Shown: piece by piece, positions 42,707 through 56,581 of the stretch
Layout of the letters: each line of letters starts with the position of its first letter
How positions within the stretch are numbered: the stretch's first letter is position 1
Source of the DNA: Eledone cirrhosa
Lineage: Eukaryota
NCBI GenBank assembly: GCA_964016885.1
Contig: OZ024742.1
Coordinates: forward strand, 109,740,001-109,804,000
Direction: 5' to 3'
Length of the DNA: 64,000 bases
Program-made: the position numbers and the translations under genes
The notes under the pieces: model-generated
What the model saw: the letters and a program-made list of their open reading frames with translations, nothing else
Database searches by the model: none
Told to the model about the DNA's origin: nothing

Positions 42707-43795
42707 AAGTTTAGACAAGTATAGATTTTACATGTGGCCGGTGCTCTGGTGCAATAAGTAGCAGCAAGTGCCCACAAAATACTAGCTCTTTCAATTGCAC
42801 AGAGGGTTCTATAGAAATAGTGGACAGTTTCCGTTACCTGGGTGATAAAATCAGCAGTGGGGGAGGGTGCTCTGAAAGTACAGTAGCTAGAGTCAGAACT
42901 GGTTGGAAAAAGTTCAGAGAGCTTATACCACTATTAGCTGCTAAAGGGTTCTCCCTAAAAATGAAAGGCAGGTTGTACGATGCCTGCATACGAACAGCAA
43001 TGTTGCATGGCAGTGAGACCTGGGCATTGTGTGCAGAGGATATACGCAGACTAGAGAGGAACGAAGCTTGCATGCTCCGCTGGATGTGTAACAGTAATAT
43101 ACGTGAACGGCAAAGCATAAACGAACTAAGGAAAAAATTAGAAATAAGAGGGATCAGATGTTGTTTACTCAAGAGAAGGCTACGTTGGTATGGACACGTG
43201 ATGCGCATGAAAGTCGATAGCTGTATAACAAAGTGCAGGGCAATAAAGATAGACGGTAGCCACGGAATAGGCAGACCTAGAAAAACCTGGGACGAGCTGA
43301 TAAACTCCGACCTCACACACTTACACCTCTCCAAGACAATGTCACTGGACCGAGACCTTTGGCGGTACTCAGTAACAGAGAAGACCCGCCTTACCTAAAT
43401 ACATAGTAAAACCTACTACAGCCAGTAGGCATCTCTAACAAAATACCCCCGTCCCACCACCCCCACCCCATCCACACCGCCCCGTTCTATGTAAAGTTAT
43501 GTTGGTGCCACACCATCCAGGCCGAAACAAATGAGATCGTGTAGGTGTCACGACAAAAAAACACACAGTCCACGCTGTAATGTGGCCGTGTAGGTAACAC
43601 GGTAAAAACCTCCCAGACCCACACTGTAAATGTGGTTGGTGTTAGGAAGGGCATCCAACTGTAGAAAACCAGCCAGACAGTCCTATGCGAGCAAGACAAT
43701 CACTCTTGCCTCAAGTGGGACTACCCCCGTCCAAACCCATGCAAGCGTGGAACACGGACGTTAAACGTTGATGATGATGATGATGATGATGATGA
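42700..43795 (+). mobile_element. 5'-truncated RTE LINE with intact C-terminal ORF and 3' UTR
   Basis: FRYLGDKI..ARVRTGWKKFREL..LHGSETW..GRPRKTW; tail GGACGTTAAACGTT(GAT)n. Confidence 0.92.
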
Positions 43796-44610
43796 AGACT
43801 ATTATTCAGCTTAATGCTTGATATATATATATCATGGTTTAACATCACATTTCTGAGTCAGATTTTTAAATTCTTTTCTTATACTTCATTATTGATTCAA
43901 CTACAGGAACTCCTAGATAGTCAGTCTTGAACTCTCTTATGGCCTAGAGAAAAAGAGAGGGCTGAGAACTGAGTCCTGTAGACTAAATTCTTCACTGAAC
44001 CCATTGCTAACTCTTACTTGGTTGATAGTACTCACAAACCATTCCTTTATACCTAGTTTTCTTATCAAACACCAGACTACAGAGAGTACCCTTGACAGGG
44101 TACTACTTCTCAAGATCAACAAATGCTCTGTATAGTGGATTGATTTTATCTGTGAATTTCTCCTGTAGTTCTCTCACTAAGAAGAGTACAAAACCTGACA
44201 CAAAACTAAACTCATTTAATCGTCTCCCTGATTAGCAGCATTAGATGATGAAGTACGAAATGAAAGCCAGGGATTTGGCAAGAGTGGGAGGTGTAGACGA
44301 TAGGGAAAAATGTTAACCTCTGCTTTAGTAGGGACAATGCCCTTCAATCAATTATTATATTTTTAAATTAATGGGGGGGGGGTTGGGGGGGGGATAGGCT
44401 CTGCCAAGTTTAAATGCCCAAGACATCATATAACACAGTAGTACCCCTATAGCTCAATCTCGAGTGCAGGACCTGTGGAATAATCCACTGAATGTGAAAA
44501 TAATTAAATCTATCTTGGAAACATAATGAAACATCTATAATGGATATAAACCAATGAGCAGGTTTTTATATCATTCTCTTATTCATTACATCTTCATGTA
44601 AACATATAAA

Positions 44611-44717
44611 CAGGGTGTCCCCAAAAAATATATATACATTTTGATTAACTGTACAGACAATATTTATTAGAATGCTGTTGAAGTCATCATCATCATCATA
44701 TACATTTTTGGGGGACA

Positions 44718-44721
<4 letters not shown>
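44611..44721. mobile_element. Tc1/mariner-type mini-MITE
   Basis: TIRs CAGGGTGTCCCCAAAAA / TTTTTGGGGGACACCT. Confidence 0.6.
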
Positions 44722-44766
<45 letters not shown>

Positions 44767-45423
44767 TGTAAAGTGGTCATGTAAAATACACGGTAAAAAG
44801 CACCCAGCACACACTGTAAATGTGGTTGGCACTAGGAAGGGCATCTAGCCATAAAAAACCATCCAGAAACTGTCCTATATGAGCAAGACATGGTCACCCA
44901 ACCCAACTTGCCTCTAAATAGGACAAACCCGTCTAACCCATGCTAACCTGGAAGATGGACGTTAAACGATAATGATGATGATGATGATATATTTATATTG
45001 AAAAGAAAGCGAGGTTTCACATTAAGGTCTTTATTGATTATACATAGTTATGACCATTTCACAGATGAGTGGCTCAGGATCTATATTACTGCTATAGACC
45101 CAACTCCAGCCTGATCTGTTGTTCAGACTTGTTAATCAAGCAAAAAACAAAAATAAAATATTTACATCCATTGCAATTTTCTAACTAAATTTTCTCAGAT
45201 AATATAGAACTTTTATTTTCTTTAAATTAACCTGAAACTACCACTGATTCTGATACAAAACTGTCCATTTCAAAATGTTTATTTAAAAACCATCCAACAT
45301 AATTTTATGAAAGAAATTTCTATTCAGTAATGTCCCAAACACCATCTTACTAATGAAAAGGTCAGTCATATTACTAAATTTCTAAAAATCCTTAATCATT
45401 TGCAAAATTAATTAAAACATAGT

Positions 45424-45930
45424 ATGGAGGATGACAGCTGCATAAAAAGGTGCAGAGCACTAGAAGTCGATGGAAACCGCGGAGTGGGGAGACCCAAGAT
45501 GACTTGGGATGAGGTGATAAAAGCCGACCTTACCCAGTTACACCTCTTAAAGGCGATGACACACGACCGTGACCTCTGGCGTCACGCAGTAATACAGAGT
45601 ACCCGACCTCCCATGGGTACAAGCTGAAGCATATAGACAATATGCCCCCACACCCTCCCACTGCAAGGTGGTCGTGGAGGTGCCACGGCAAAAAAAGCAC
45701 CCAGCCCGCACTGTAAAGTGGACGTGTAGGCACCACGAAAAAGCACCCAGCACTCATTGTAAATGAGGTTGGTGTTAGGAAGGGCATCCAGCTGTAGAAA
45801 TCAAGCCAAATCAGTTCCTGTATGAGCAAGGCATGGTCAGCCGACTAGACACTGCCCACAGCACGACAACCCATCTAACCCATGCTAGCGTGGAATAACG
45901 GACGTAAAACGGTGATGATGATGATGATGA
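45424..45930 (+). mobile_element. RTE LINE 3' fragment, second subfamily
   Basis: GNRGVGRPKMTWDEVIKADL plus (GAT)n tail; lies just past the PINK1 stop codon. Confidence 0.85.
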
Positions 45931-46057
45931 GTCAGTGTATTTCATAAGAAATAAATGAGTTAAATATATTTTTTTTTCTTTAAAGTTCCTTTCTAAGTTT
46001 TATTTAATTCTCTTTTACTATTTAATACTCTTGTCCTATGCACAAGCTGGTCTCAAT

Positions 46058-46348
46058 TTAAGCTGACATCAAAATCATGTCAGTTTTATAACTTGGGAAC
46101 TGTTGAGCCACTCTCCTTATATCTACAGGATAACTGAAGTTGGGATAAACAAACGACATTGCATCAAACAGGAAGTTGGTGTTCAGATGTTTCACAAAAT
46201 TTTCTTTTAAGGTTACATCTGGAGAATTCTTCAATTCATCACTCTTCCTTAATTGTTGTAAAAACAATCTTGGCTGCTGCTTAACATTGCAGGAGGAGTT
46301 CCACAGATAGATATTCAAGACATTGCACGCGGTGATGGCATCAAGACG
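46058..46348 (-). CDS. PINK1: PINK1 last exon, subdomain XI Arg and C-terminal extension
   Basis: TTTTCAG acceptor, phase 0; RLDAITACNVLNIYLW...ILMSA* (compare RPSARVAANVLHLSLW). Confidence 0.85.
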   Translation of the reverse strand, partial: RLDAITACNVLNIYLWNSSCNVKQQPRLFLQQLRKSDELKNSPDVTLKENFVKHLNTNFLFDAMSFVYPNFSYPVDIRRVAQQFPSYKTDMILMSA

Positions 46349-46817
46349 CTGAAAATCAGAAAATTCAGTAATTATTTCAAGGGTCAACAAAACAACAAAC
46401 ATTTCTACATCTTGAGTGTATCTTAGTTTTTAGAATAGGTACACCATATAACTGCAGGTTATATGAAGTGACTAAAAGGGTTGGCTTTAGGAAGTGCATT
46501 AGGCTATAAAATAGCACTTCAAAAAGTCCTGTCCAAACCCATGTCAGCACGGAAAATCGCCATTAACATCATGTTACATCCAATTTCACGCTGGCATGAG
46601 TTGGATGGGTTATGTTTCAAGGAAAAGCAGATGATGATGATGATATTGGTTTCTCTTCACAAGATTCAAAAACTCTGTTGCTAGAGGAAAAACAATGGCA
46701 TACTGTAACATCATCATCATCCTCTTAATGTTTTTACATTCATTAAGTTTAGTCCATCCCATGTCAGCATGGAAAAGCAAACATGGTTGTGTGGGAGGAG
46801 GAGATAATCAGATATAC

Positions 46818-46879
46818 CTGTGCAGGATCTTTAATCATCAGCCCATCAATCACTCTTTGGACCACAGCTGGAATGAAAT
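46818..46879 (-). CDS. PINK1: PINK1 exon, subdomains X-XI
   Basis: DFIPAVVQRVIDGLMIKDPAQ; phase 1 to 0, AG/GT. Confidence 0.85.
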
Positions 46880-47594
46880 CTGAAGATAGAGAGAAAGAAA
46901 CAACTAGTTTATTAGTTTTAATCAATAAAATATGTGATGTGATTTCATGATAGGCTATGTAGTTGTTCTTACAGCTCACACCTATGTATGTTTAGCTGGC
47001 CTCCTACAAGGTTGTATCTCATGAGCTTTCTTGGGTGTTTTAATGACAGGACCCCCAGTCCTATCATGTTGTTACTGCACATACCTACATAGGTTAAACT
47101 GGCCTCATACAAGGCTGCATTTCATAAGCTTCTTGATTGCTTTAATGAAAAGGGGCCCTGTCCTATCATGATGGAGGCTGAAGGTGTAAAATGATGGTGA
47201 AGTGTAGTGGTGTAACAATTATGTGTTCACAACAATATACACCACAGTTAGTTAGGTCTCCTAGAAAGAGAAGCTATCAACTACTTATATAGAACCTTTC
47301 CTGAATAAGAAAAAGTTTATTTTATTAGCATCTGCCACATACAAAGTCTACTTCTTTTCTGAATGGATACCTATAGAGAGTTCAACAGTTATCATCAACA
47401 ATAACAACTATGGCAATGATTGTGAGGACAATGATGATGATGATGAGGTGTATGATGTTGAAGATGATAATGTTTTGTCCCAACTGAGGTTGAGTCATTC
47501 AGTTTATACTGAAATGGTTTACTAAGTCTAGAAACAGAATTATTTCCACATGAAAACATTGAAGAGATATTTCAGTAAAATTTCAGGCACTTAC

Positions 47595-47730
47595 CAGGAA
47601 ATTCTTTCCTTTCTTTCGTTCTCAGGTCAAAGCAATCGGTAATGCCAAAGATCTCAAATGCCAAAATTCCAGCTGCCCAAAGATCAACTTTTGAACAATC
47701 TACCATTTCATAAGATTTAGCATCAGATAC
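47595..47730 (-). CDS. PINK1: PINK1 exon, subdomain IX
   Basis: VDCSKVDLWAAGILAFEIFG; AG/GTAAGT. Confidence 0.92.
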
Positions 47731-47793
47731 CTTTGTAAAGAGATTATAAATATGCCAGTACAAGAATAATACAATATAAATATCATACATATA

Positions 47794-47990
47794 CGAATGT
47801 GGGCTGAAAAGTTCATAGGCTGACTATGTAGGAGTGCTGCTAGATCTGTGAAATATTGCATACATTAATTTCAACTCTTCATATTAATAACTGCATTGTT
47901 TCTTTCCAGGGACTATGTTGAAAAATAAACCTCATTTGGTCATTCCATGAGTATCTTGGTCAGCCTATGAACTTTTCAGCTGAACCCCTG
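47794..47990. mobile_element. mariner-derived MITE
   Basis: Inverted repeat GCTGAAAAGTTCATAGGCTGAC / GTCAGCCTATGAACTTTTCAGC. Confidence 0.75.
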
Positions 47991-48727
47991 ACACAGAGTT
48001 ATTATAAACATAGACACACAAAACAAATATCTATGATATATATATATATATATAACTCATAATTTAAATATGACCACTCACTTCCTCCTCATCCTGTAAA
48101 CTTTCCCCTCATTATCTCAGTATCCCACCTTAGTCCTCCCACACTCACTCCCACTATCTCCACTCTACCTTGCACACCCAACAACTGCCAGCAGAGAAAG
48201 ACAAAGCCCCAAACATCCCTGCTTGTCCAACTCATTCCAGCATGGAGAGATAACCACCTTCATCCACTCCTCACACAGGTCAACAACATACAAAGATGGA
48301 TGCCTCAAACCAAGCCCTACCAACGTGTAAAGCCAGAAACACTCCACCTTGTCCCATGATAAAATGCTTGGTTAGGGGTCAGAAAGATGTCTTACTAGGA
48401 AGGTCATGCCAAAGCAAAAACAAAATGTATGAACTAGACATCTCCTGCCTGGCCAAGTCTCTGAGGATGACAGCCCATACTAAGACAACCTGACAGATTT
48501 CAGTCTTAAATTTAGAGTATGCATATGCCTTACTGGATAAACTGCAACTGTTGTGCCTACTGTCATACTACATGATGATCAGTAATGTGTGTATATATAT
48601 ATATAGGTGATATGATATGGACCTATAACTCCTGAGGGTTCCGTAGGGGCGCCATGTTGGCATACACCATTTCTTAGGGAATTTTAAAACCTGATGGAGC
48701 CTATGCCCTCTCCAGGCTTGAGTACAG

Positions 48728-48804
<77 letters not shown>

Positions 48805-49160
48805 TTGCATTGTTAAGAGGTTCGCTTAGCAACCACATGGTTCTGTGTTCTGTCCTATTGAATGGCACCTCTACCAAGTTGACCAATGCTTTGTTAGTGG
48901 AATTTGGTAAATGGAAACTGCAGAAGCCCATCATATATGTGTGTGTGTCTGTGTGAGTGTCTGTATTTACATTTTTGTATCTGTCTGTGTCTTGTAACTT
49001 GTACTTCTGTTCAGCAAAAAGAGCTTGATATTATATGTACTAGGCTTGAAAATGAAACAAGGGTTCATATGATTGACTTACTCAAGGCATGTCCACAGTC
49101 TAATGACTAAAAACAGTAAAATAATGATAAAATATATATCAAATCTAAAAGGTAACAAAC

Positions 49161-49279
49161 CTCTGGGGCCTGGAAGACAGCATTCCCATCCTTGGCCTGA
49201 TGATATGGCACCATCATACCAGAAGATTCTCCAGTGTAGCAACAACCAAAATCTGAGATGACAAGATGAGGAGAAACAT
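49161..49279 (-). CDS. PINK1: PINK1 exon, DFG to APE activation segment (absent from the ORF track)
   Basis: DVSPHLVISDFGCCYTGESSGMMVPYHQAKDGNAVFQAPE; phase 1 to 0, AG/GT. Confidence 0.93.
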
Positions 49280-50304
49280 CTGAAAAATAAAGCAGAAATG
49301 TCTTTTATTTAGTTATATCCACAAAGACAGAGAAATAATAACCCAACTGGAATATCACCCTTCTACTAGTTCCAAACATTGGCTCCCACCACAATAGAAG
49401 GCACTTGGCACACTCTGTGTTGTGGGTGACATTCAACTGGTAACAGCAGAGAGGACACTTCAGTTGTGTCAATGATTTGACATCCTCGCTAGTGTTGGTG
49501 ACACGATAAAGTGCACCCTTTGTGGTGTGGTAGACCTTGTACCACAACAAAATATACCAAAATGCAGTCTATAAAGTGAGAGTGAAGTGTCAAGATAAAA
49601 TTAATCCAGTACATTATATAAAGTGGTTGGCAATCAAACAAAGACAATACAGGGTAGAGAGGATTCTTCAGTTGTGTTAAGAACATGACAGCCTCCTAGG
49701 TGTTGGTGCCACAATAAAATGCGCCCTGTAAACTCTGTAAAGTGGTTGGTGTTAGGAAGAGCATAAATCATACCAAAACAGGAATGTATGAAAGCGAGTT
49801 GTAGCCCTCAGCAGAACAGGTAAGACTTATAATGTTGTGACAACCTATGTCAGCATAGTAAACCAATGTTGATTGATGATGATGATGATGAAGTGTCACT
49901 GGGCCCTTGTCATGTTGTAGTACCACCTTCAGGGCTTGTAGTCAATCACAGGTGTGGCCATCAGAATACAGAGAGCTGAAATAAAATACCAATCCACCAT
50001 CCTGAATTGGTATTTTATTTATTGCCTCTGAAAGGACGATAGACAAAGTTGACTTTGGCACGACTTGAACACAAAGTGCAGAGCTGGACAGATACCATAA
50101 GTATTTTATCTGACGCTTTAATAACTCAGCCAGTTCACCCAAATTGCCAGACAAAATGCCTTGCAATTTTTAGTTACATCTCTTTACCTTCTGAGTTCAA
50201 ACCCTGCCTTGGTCAATGTTGATTTTGAGGGGTGAGTACTGGCTTAGTCTGTGACGACCCATCCAATCCTTGCTAGCAAGGATATCATAAGAGTTTATTG
50301 TTTA

Positions 50305-53300
50305 CTAGCAGAGGTACCCGGCGTTGCCCGGTATAACTTTCAATGGAGTAGTCGTTTGAATGAACCGAAAGACTTCCGTTAAATACGACTATAAAAGTAA
50401 CAATTTATAGGTGTTGGCCTTTGAACGTTCACTTTGAAATATCTCTGCAGTGGTGCTGCCAGCAAAAACGAATCTGATGGTAACAATTTAAAGTTGGTGG
50501 CCCTAAAGAGAGCCTTGGATCGTTCAATCTTAAAAGTCTCAGCCGCGGTGCTGCCAGCAAAGACAAATCCAGCGGTAACAATTTATAGTTGGTGGCCCTG
50601 AAGAGGACCTTTTAACATTCGCTTTGAAATATCTCAGCACTGGTGCTGCCAGCAAAGATGAATCCGATGCTAACAATTTAAACTTGGTGGCCCTGAAGAG
50701 GGCCTTGGATCGTTCACTCTAAAAACTCCCAGTGGCAGAGCTGTCAGCAAAGACGACTCCTATTAGAGGTGGTGGCCCTTAAAAAGTCCGTCACACCACT
50801 TTGGTGTGTCGTATTTGCTTTGCTTGTTATTTGAGATTGTAACCTAGAAAAGCATGTAACAGTCAGTGGCCACAAAAACGGCCTTGGCAAGATCACGCTG
50901 GAATGTCAAAAAAATGTGTAGATAAGATGTAGGTAAAAGTAGATTAATTAGGTTAAAACTATGGAACATTGATAGTAAAGCGTAATAGCAACATATAAAT
51001 GCGGAAAACAGAAACATTGAACATTTATAACGTATAGCAAAAGCAACCTCAGAGGACTATGTGGTATTGTCAAAAGGACAAAAATAGCACACGGATACAG
51101 CAAATGTAAGCACTTATACAAAAAAAAAACAGCGATTACTTGTTGGCGGATGGGGTACCTACAAAACTTCCTTATAGACTATATTTTGGGCTTTCTCGCG
51201 AGTTGCAAAAGCAAATAGGTTATGTCGGCTCCCCACTCGAGAGCAGCCAACATATAGTTGACCATGGCAGAAGCACGGTTCTTCTAATTTAAGCCCTACG
51301 ACCGTCACCGTCTGACCCTGTGATTTGTTAATCGACATGGCGAAACTGAGCCGGAGAGGGAATTGCAGCCTTCTGAATGTGAAAGGAATGTCTTTACCGG
51401 ATGGAATGAGAGGTATCCTTAGTATGAAGACAGTATCCCCCTTACCACATCCTATAAGTATTGTGCCTCAATAACATGAGGCACTGCCTTTTGGAGGACC
51501 AGACGCGTGCCTTTGGATTTCCAAATTCCTGAGGAGCATGACAGGAGCACCTTTCTTAAATCGCAGTAAGTGTGGTGGCAATCCGGGAGGGTCTAGAGAG
51601 TTAAGAAATTCTGTGGGGTAATTAACAAATTCGTCCGTATCAGCCATAGAGTCAAAGGACATGCAGGTTTCCAGGCAAGCACAGCGTAGTTGGAGGAGGG
51701 GTCGTAGTTAAAGGCCTTCAACAACCATCGTGAATTGCAAGTCCTAGAAATGCCACGTAACGATGATCGCCGCTGTTCACTTTGCAGAAGTCGGCCATGT
51801 CGTTGCTCTATGGTTTCAGTATTTCATGCAGCAGTAGTGGCAGCGGCGTCCCTGCTTCATCGAACGGCGCGTCATCCTTCATCCTCTCGAGCGCGAGCAG
51901 CAGCAGTCGCAGCAGCATCTTTGTTCCGTCGAAGTTCACGCCGACTGTCATCCTCCTCCGCTCTTGCAGCTGCCGTCTGCACAGCATTATGTGAGAGCCT
52001 GATCGGTGGATTGGCAGTATCGGTAGAGAGTCGGACACCATGCTTTGAAGCATAGAGTTACATCCCTTTATGATCTGAGTTCAAATCCCGCCGAGGTTAA
52101 CTTTGCCTTTCATCCTTACGGGGTCGATAAAATAAAGTACCAGTAATGTACTGGGTAATTGCTGGCCTTGTGCCTAAAATAGAAACAATTATGTGAGAGC
52201 CTGATCGTAGTCGCATTTACATCTTTGGTGAAACACCTTCGCTTAGACCTACTTGCATCATTAGATAATCTACCAATTAAAGTTCTTTTCTTGGGTGGCA
52301 TTGTTTTTAGAAAATTAACGAGGGAGAACGATAAATAGTGGACAAATAACGTTTAAGTAAGCAAATCTAAACACAGATATAAATTGTGAAAAAATGTGAT
52401 AAATCTATGTGGTCTGAGAAAGTGGGTATGTTTTGCAAGATTTTGTGTACCAGTCAAATTTCAGGTTTTAAGTTAGGCGCAACGCAGCATACGGACTACC
52501 TGTGATAAAGGAAATTAAATAGTGTGGCTACAGTGGTAGGTATATAAGTGTCAGTATGTTTGTTCAGTTCAAACATAGCAATAAGTAAGTACTAACCATT
52601 GAAAGGATACAGGCAAAAATGGCCGAAAAATCACAGCATGATAAACTGGAACCTTATGACCATAAACACATTAACTAAACGTCCTTTAAGGTGACAAATG
52701 TTGAAGAAGCATGCATTTCAGAAACATTGGGTAGCTTATGCAAGTACACATGTAAAAAAAACCTACCACTTGTCAAAAGCCAAAAAAGAAGTGTCGGACC
52801 GATATAAATAGGAGTGATTTCGCTTAATGAACAGCACTCGAGTTCTCTGATTAGTTAGAAAATACAAATAAGTGTGATGAAATCTACTGAACACAACTCA
52901 CTGATGTGTGGTTGGCCAGAGGTTGCCATTTCGCACTTAATTGAGGTGCAATTAAACGGGGGAGACAACCGGGTCCAAAAACTAATCAATCATTCGCACA
53001 GTTTAGGCATGAGTGTGAAATAGCACAATCCACATACAGTAGGCATTAAAATTTACACCTGGGTTAAATCGCGCTTTCTTGGTTAGGAGTGTGAAATGAC
53101 GCCAAAGTTCAAGGAAAAAAATTTAACTCCCCATTCCGCACTTAATTGTGGTGCAATTACACGGGGGAGACAACCGGGTGCAAAATTAAATTCAATCATC
53201 ATAAAGTTAACTAAACAAACTAAAGTAAAGTCAGGGGGATTTAAAAATTTGCTACGCCATTTGTAGGACATGAGTAACCGATGCGTCAACTTCCGTTTAA

Positions 53301-54447
53301 ATTGACTTTTATTTCCAGAAGTTGAAATGCTTTGCTGCGACCATAATATGAACTTTAAAAGTGGTCCAAAGGGGCTCACTGCCCTCCCTTGGGAGTTCCC
53401 TTGCAAAATTTAAGTGATAACGAATGTGTGGAGCTTTATCTTATGGCAGGCAATAACCATTTCATTTAGTTTTTGTAAGAATCAAGTATAAACTCCTGAG
53501 GTTATGGTGCTTTTTTATTGTGGCAGTTTGAACTTTTATAGGTTAATGAATTGGGCTCATTGTCCCCGAGGGGGTCCTCTTGCTGAATTGAAATGAAAGT
53601 AAATGTGCCTCACTGTATCTTCATCTGTAGTACATGAATAACAACTAAGTCGAAATTCGTTTTATTGGACTACTAATTATCGAAGCTATAACGCTTTGCT
53701 GCATTACAATAGCCAAAGTCAATAAATGACTAGCCAAGACTTACTGGCCCCTGGGGGTCCCCTTGCTTGTTCCGGGTATAGACAGTGTCTTCAACATCAT
53801 CTTTAGGCAATGAGTAACCAATGTGTCCGGTAAAGTTAAAATCGAACGTAAACTTCAAAAGTTATCAGTACAGTGTTAATGTGAACTTCAATAGAAAAGT
53901 CGAAGGGGCTTACTACCCGCCCCCGCCCCCGGGTCCCCTTGATAAGTTCAAGTAAAAGTTCATATGTTCACCTTCCTTTATAAGCCATGGCTAACCAATA
54001 CGTCTCGCTTCGTGAAAACCAAACACCAACTCAAGCAGTTATGACGTTTTGTTGCATTGATGATATCAACTTCAACATTCAAGCCGGTTTACTGCCCCCG
54101 CAAGGGGTCCCCTACCTGAACTTCTGCGCAAGTGCATGCCTGCAAATTTATTTGTAGGCCATAAGCAAACAAAAGATTAATTTTGGTGAAGATGGGAGGC
54201 AAACTGCAGGAATTATGGGGCCTTTATGCAGTAGTACTGCTGACTCCAAGCGAGAGGCTTAAGGGGGTTACCTGCCCCTGGCAGACTCCACAATCGATGT
54301 ACGGAAAAATAAAATAGCCTACGACACGTAATAGGACTTCAGAAACCTATGTATGAAATTTGGTGCAAATCGGTTGCAAAATGTAGAAATGCATGCGGTT
54401 ACACAAACAGACAGACAGACAGACATCTTCTGTTTTATATATATAGA
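50305..54447 (-). mobile_element. Helitron with both termini and an internally deleted Rep/Helicase
   Basis: A|TCTATATATATAAA...(CTGT)n at 54447; hairpin TACCGGGCAACGCCGGGTA plus CTAG|T at 50305. PIF1 motifs YPTEFLNSLDPPGLPPH, QFPLRLSFAMSINKSQGQT and HGQLYVGCSRV at 51150-51660; MPPKKR start at 52301; internal tandem repeats. Confidence 0.92.
52007..52189 (+). mobile_element. SINE family A inserted in the Helitron ORF
   Basis: About 20-bp TSD ATTATGTGAGAGCCTGATCG on both sides. Confidence 0.92.
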
Positions 54448-54669
54448 TTATTTCCATCCTGGTAGGGGTTGTATGGGCTGTCATGTTATGAGGCCAAACA
54501 GGTGGGGTGACCCCCATCTTGCTTATACACTCAAATTTTGGCTTTATTTGCTACAGCTGGATGCCCTTCCTAATGCCAGCCATCTTGCAAGGTGGAAAAC
54601 GAACGTTAAATGATGATGATGAGATGATAATAATAATAACGATGAGTCAAAGAGATGCTCATTCCTCAC

Positions 54670-54848
54670 CTGAAAAATCATCCAATGGAACATCTTCCAA
54701 GAGAATATTATTAGGTTTGAGATCACGGTGAACTATTTGATGGTTAATCATGTGTCGAATACCTTCCAGCAATTGTGTGAACAACATCACTCTCACTCGT
54801 ATAGAAGGGTTTCTTGTTTGTAGGTATTCATTCAATGTCATCTTGTAT
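54670..54848 (-). CDS. PINK1: PINK1 exon, catalytic loop
   Basis: YKMTLNEYL..LFTQLLEGIRHM..IVHRDLKPNNILL; AG/GTGAG. Confidence 0.95.
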
Positions 54849-55727
54849 CTAGCAAGTAAAAACAAACAGTCAATTCTTTAATATTTCAGTTATTAAAAAG
54901 AATTTCGTTTTTCATGTCAACCTTATTTTTAGAGTTGGACATCATCATATCATCTAATGTCTGTTTTCCCTGCTAGGAAGTATTTGACAACAATCAGTGC
55001 TTAAACAGAGCCTCCGACCTGCAGGTGGACCAGGGACCTAACATACGATCCCGCACTCTACCAATGCATTTTGTTGTGGTACCAACAATAGGGAAATTAT
55101 CATGTTTTTGGCATAGCTAAAGCAACTTCCCAAACTTTTATTTAGCAAGCTTTCTATGACTGGATGCCCTTCCTCTCATCAATGACTTTACAGAGTGTAC
55201 TGAGTAGTCGTTTATTGTGTAGATCATCAATACGAGAGAGGTTGTCATATCTATGGTGAAACCGATCCTATCAATTTACAGAGTGTAACATCTAATTAAT
55301 ATTTAATATTGACATCTACAGTAGAAGACCAAGGGAGATTTGGGTAGACATGGTGCACTTCACAAAGGAGATGTCAAGGAAAACAAATGAGGCTGAGCTG
55401 GAAAAGAACTATTCAACCCATGCCAACATAGAAAAATAGATGTAAAATAAGGCTGATGATGTTCACTACATTTCAATTGGTTTGATCTGTGACAGTCATC
55501 AGGTGTCTATTCTTAGGATGTGAACATAGTAGCTGACTGGATTTGAACTAAGAACTTTTATTTCCAAACAAAATTTAATAATGCTCCAATCCACGTGTAG
55601 TTTTAAAAGAACATTTTTACTGCTAAAAATAAGGTAAATAAAAAAAAAAAAAGTGCCTTTGGTTCTACAATGCAAATTTATTTCTTTTAAAGTGTTTATA
55701 TATATCTAAAAACCTTCCATTATAATT

Positions 55728-56120
55728 GGATTGGCAGTATCGGTAGAGGGTCTAACGCCATGATTTGCAGCAAAGAGTTACGGCCCTTTATGGTCTGAGT
55801 TCAAATCCCACCGAGGTTTACTTTGCCTTTCATCCTTACGGAGTCGATAAAACAAAGTACCAGTAATGCACTGGGTAATTGCTGGCCTTGTGCCAAAAAG
55901 TAGAAACAATTATAATTTTAAGTAAGAATAGGCCGTGAATTGGCAGTATCGGTAGAGGTTCGGATGCCATACTTTGCAACATAGAGTTACGACCCTTACG
56001 ATCTGAGTTCAAATCCCGACGAGGTTAACTTTGCCTTTCACCCTTATGGGGTTGATAAAATAAAGTACCAGTAATGCACTGAAGTAATTGCTGGCCTTGT
56101 GCAAAAAGTAGAAACAATTA
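55728..56120 (+). mobile_element. Two tandem SINE family A copies
   Basis: Copies at 55728-55911 and about 55935-56120; the second is flanked by the duplicated ATAATTTTAAGTAAGAATA. Confidence 0.9.
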
Positions 56121-56404
56121 TAATTTTAAGTAAGAATATTTGTTAAGTTCCAAATACCAGCTTAATAATGAGAAAGTTTGCTAACCTATTCAAAATTCTC
56201 AATTATTTTCAAAATCATACATAGTGTCTTTCATTTAGAACATGGTAATGAAAGTGTTAAATATCTACATTTGAATTCTTCAGCTTTTATACTCCTTTAA
56301 GTTGATAAAATAAATACTAGTCACAAAATGAACGATTATTGATCCAGTCAGCCCAACTACTAATCTGTTAAATTGTTAATTAGAATACAAAGATAGAAAA
56401 ATAC

Positions 56405-56581
56405 CTTTTCATTATCAAACATAGTGTCATACTACGGCCGAAACTCTCAGGATATAGATTCTGTGGCAAGGCAGATTGAAAAAACTCAGCTGACTCTGGC
56501 ATGTCCGGAAGACTTCCATGAAATACGTTGTATATCGTTACAATGTTAGGGTGGGGAGGAAGTCTGCTCTTCATGAGAGTA
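56405..56581 (-). CDS. PINK1: PINK1 exon, insertion 3 and hinge
   Basis: LPPHPNIV...SALPQNLYPESFGRSMTLCLIMKR, a PINK1-specific region; phase 2 to 2. Confidence 0.95.

Noticed and set aside
51150-51662. Host PIF1 helicase gene
   Set aside because: The fragment lies within Helitron termini and is internally deleted.
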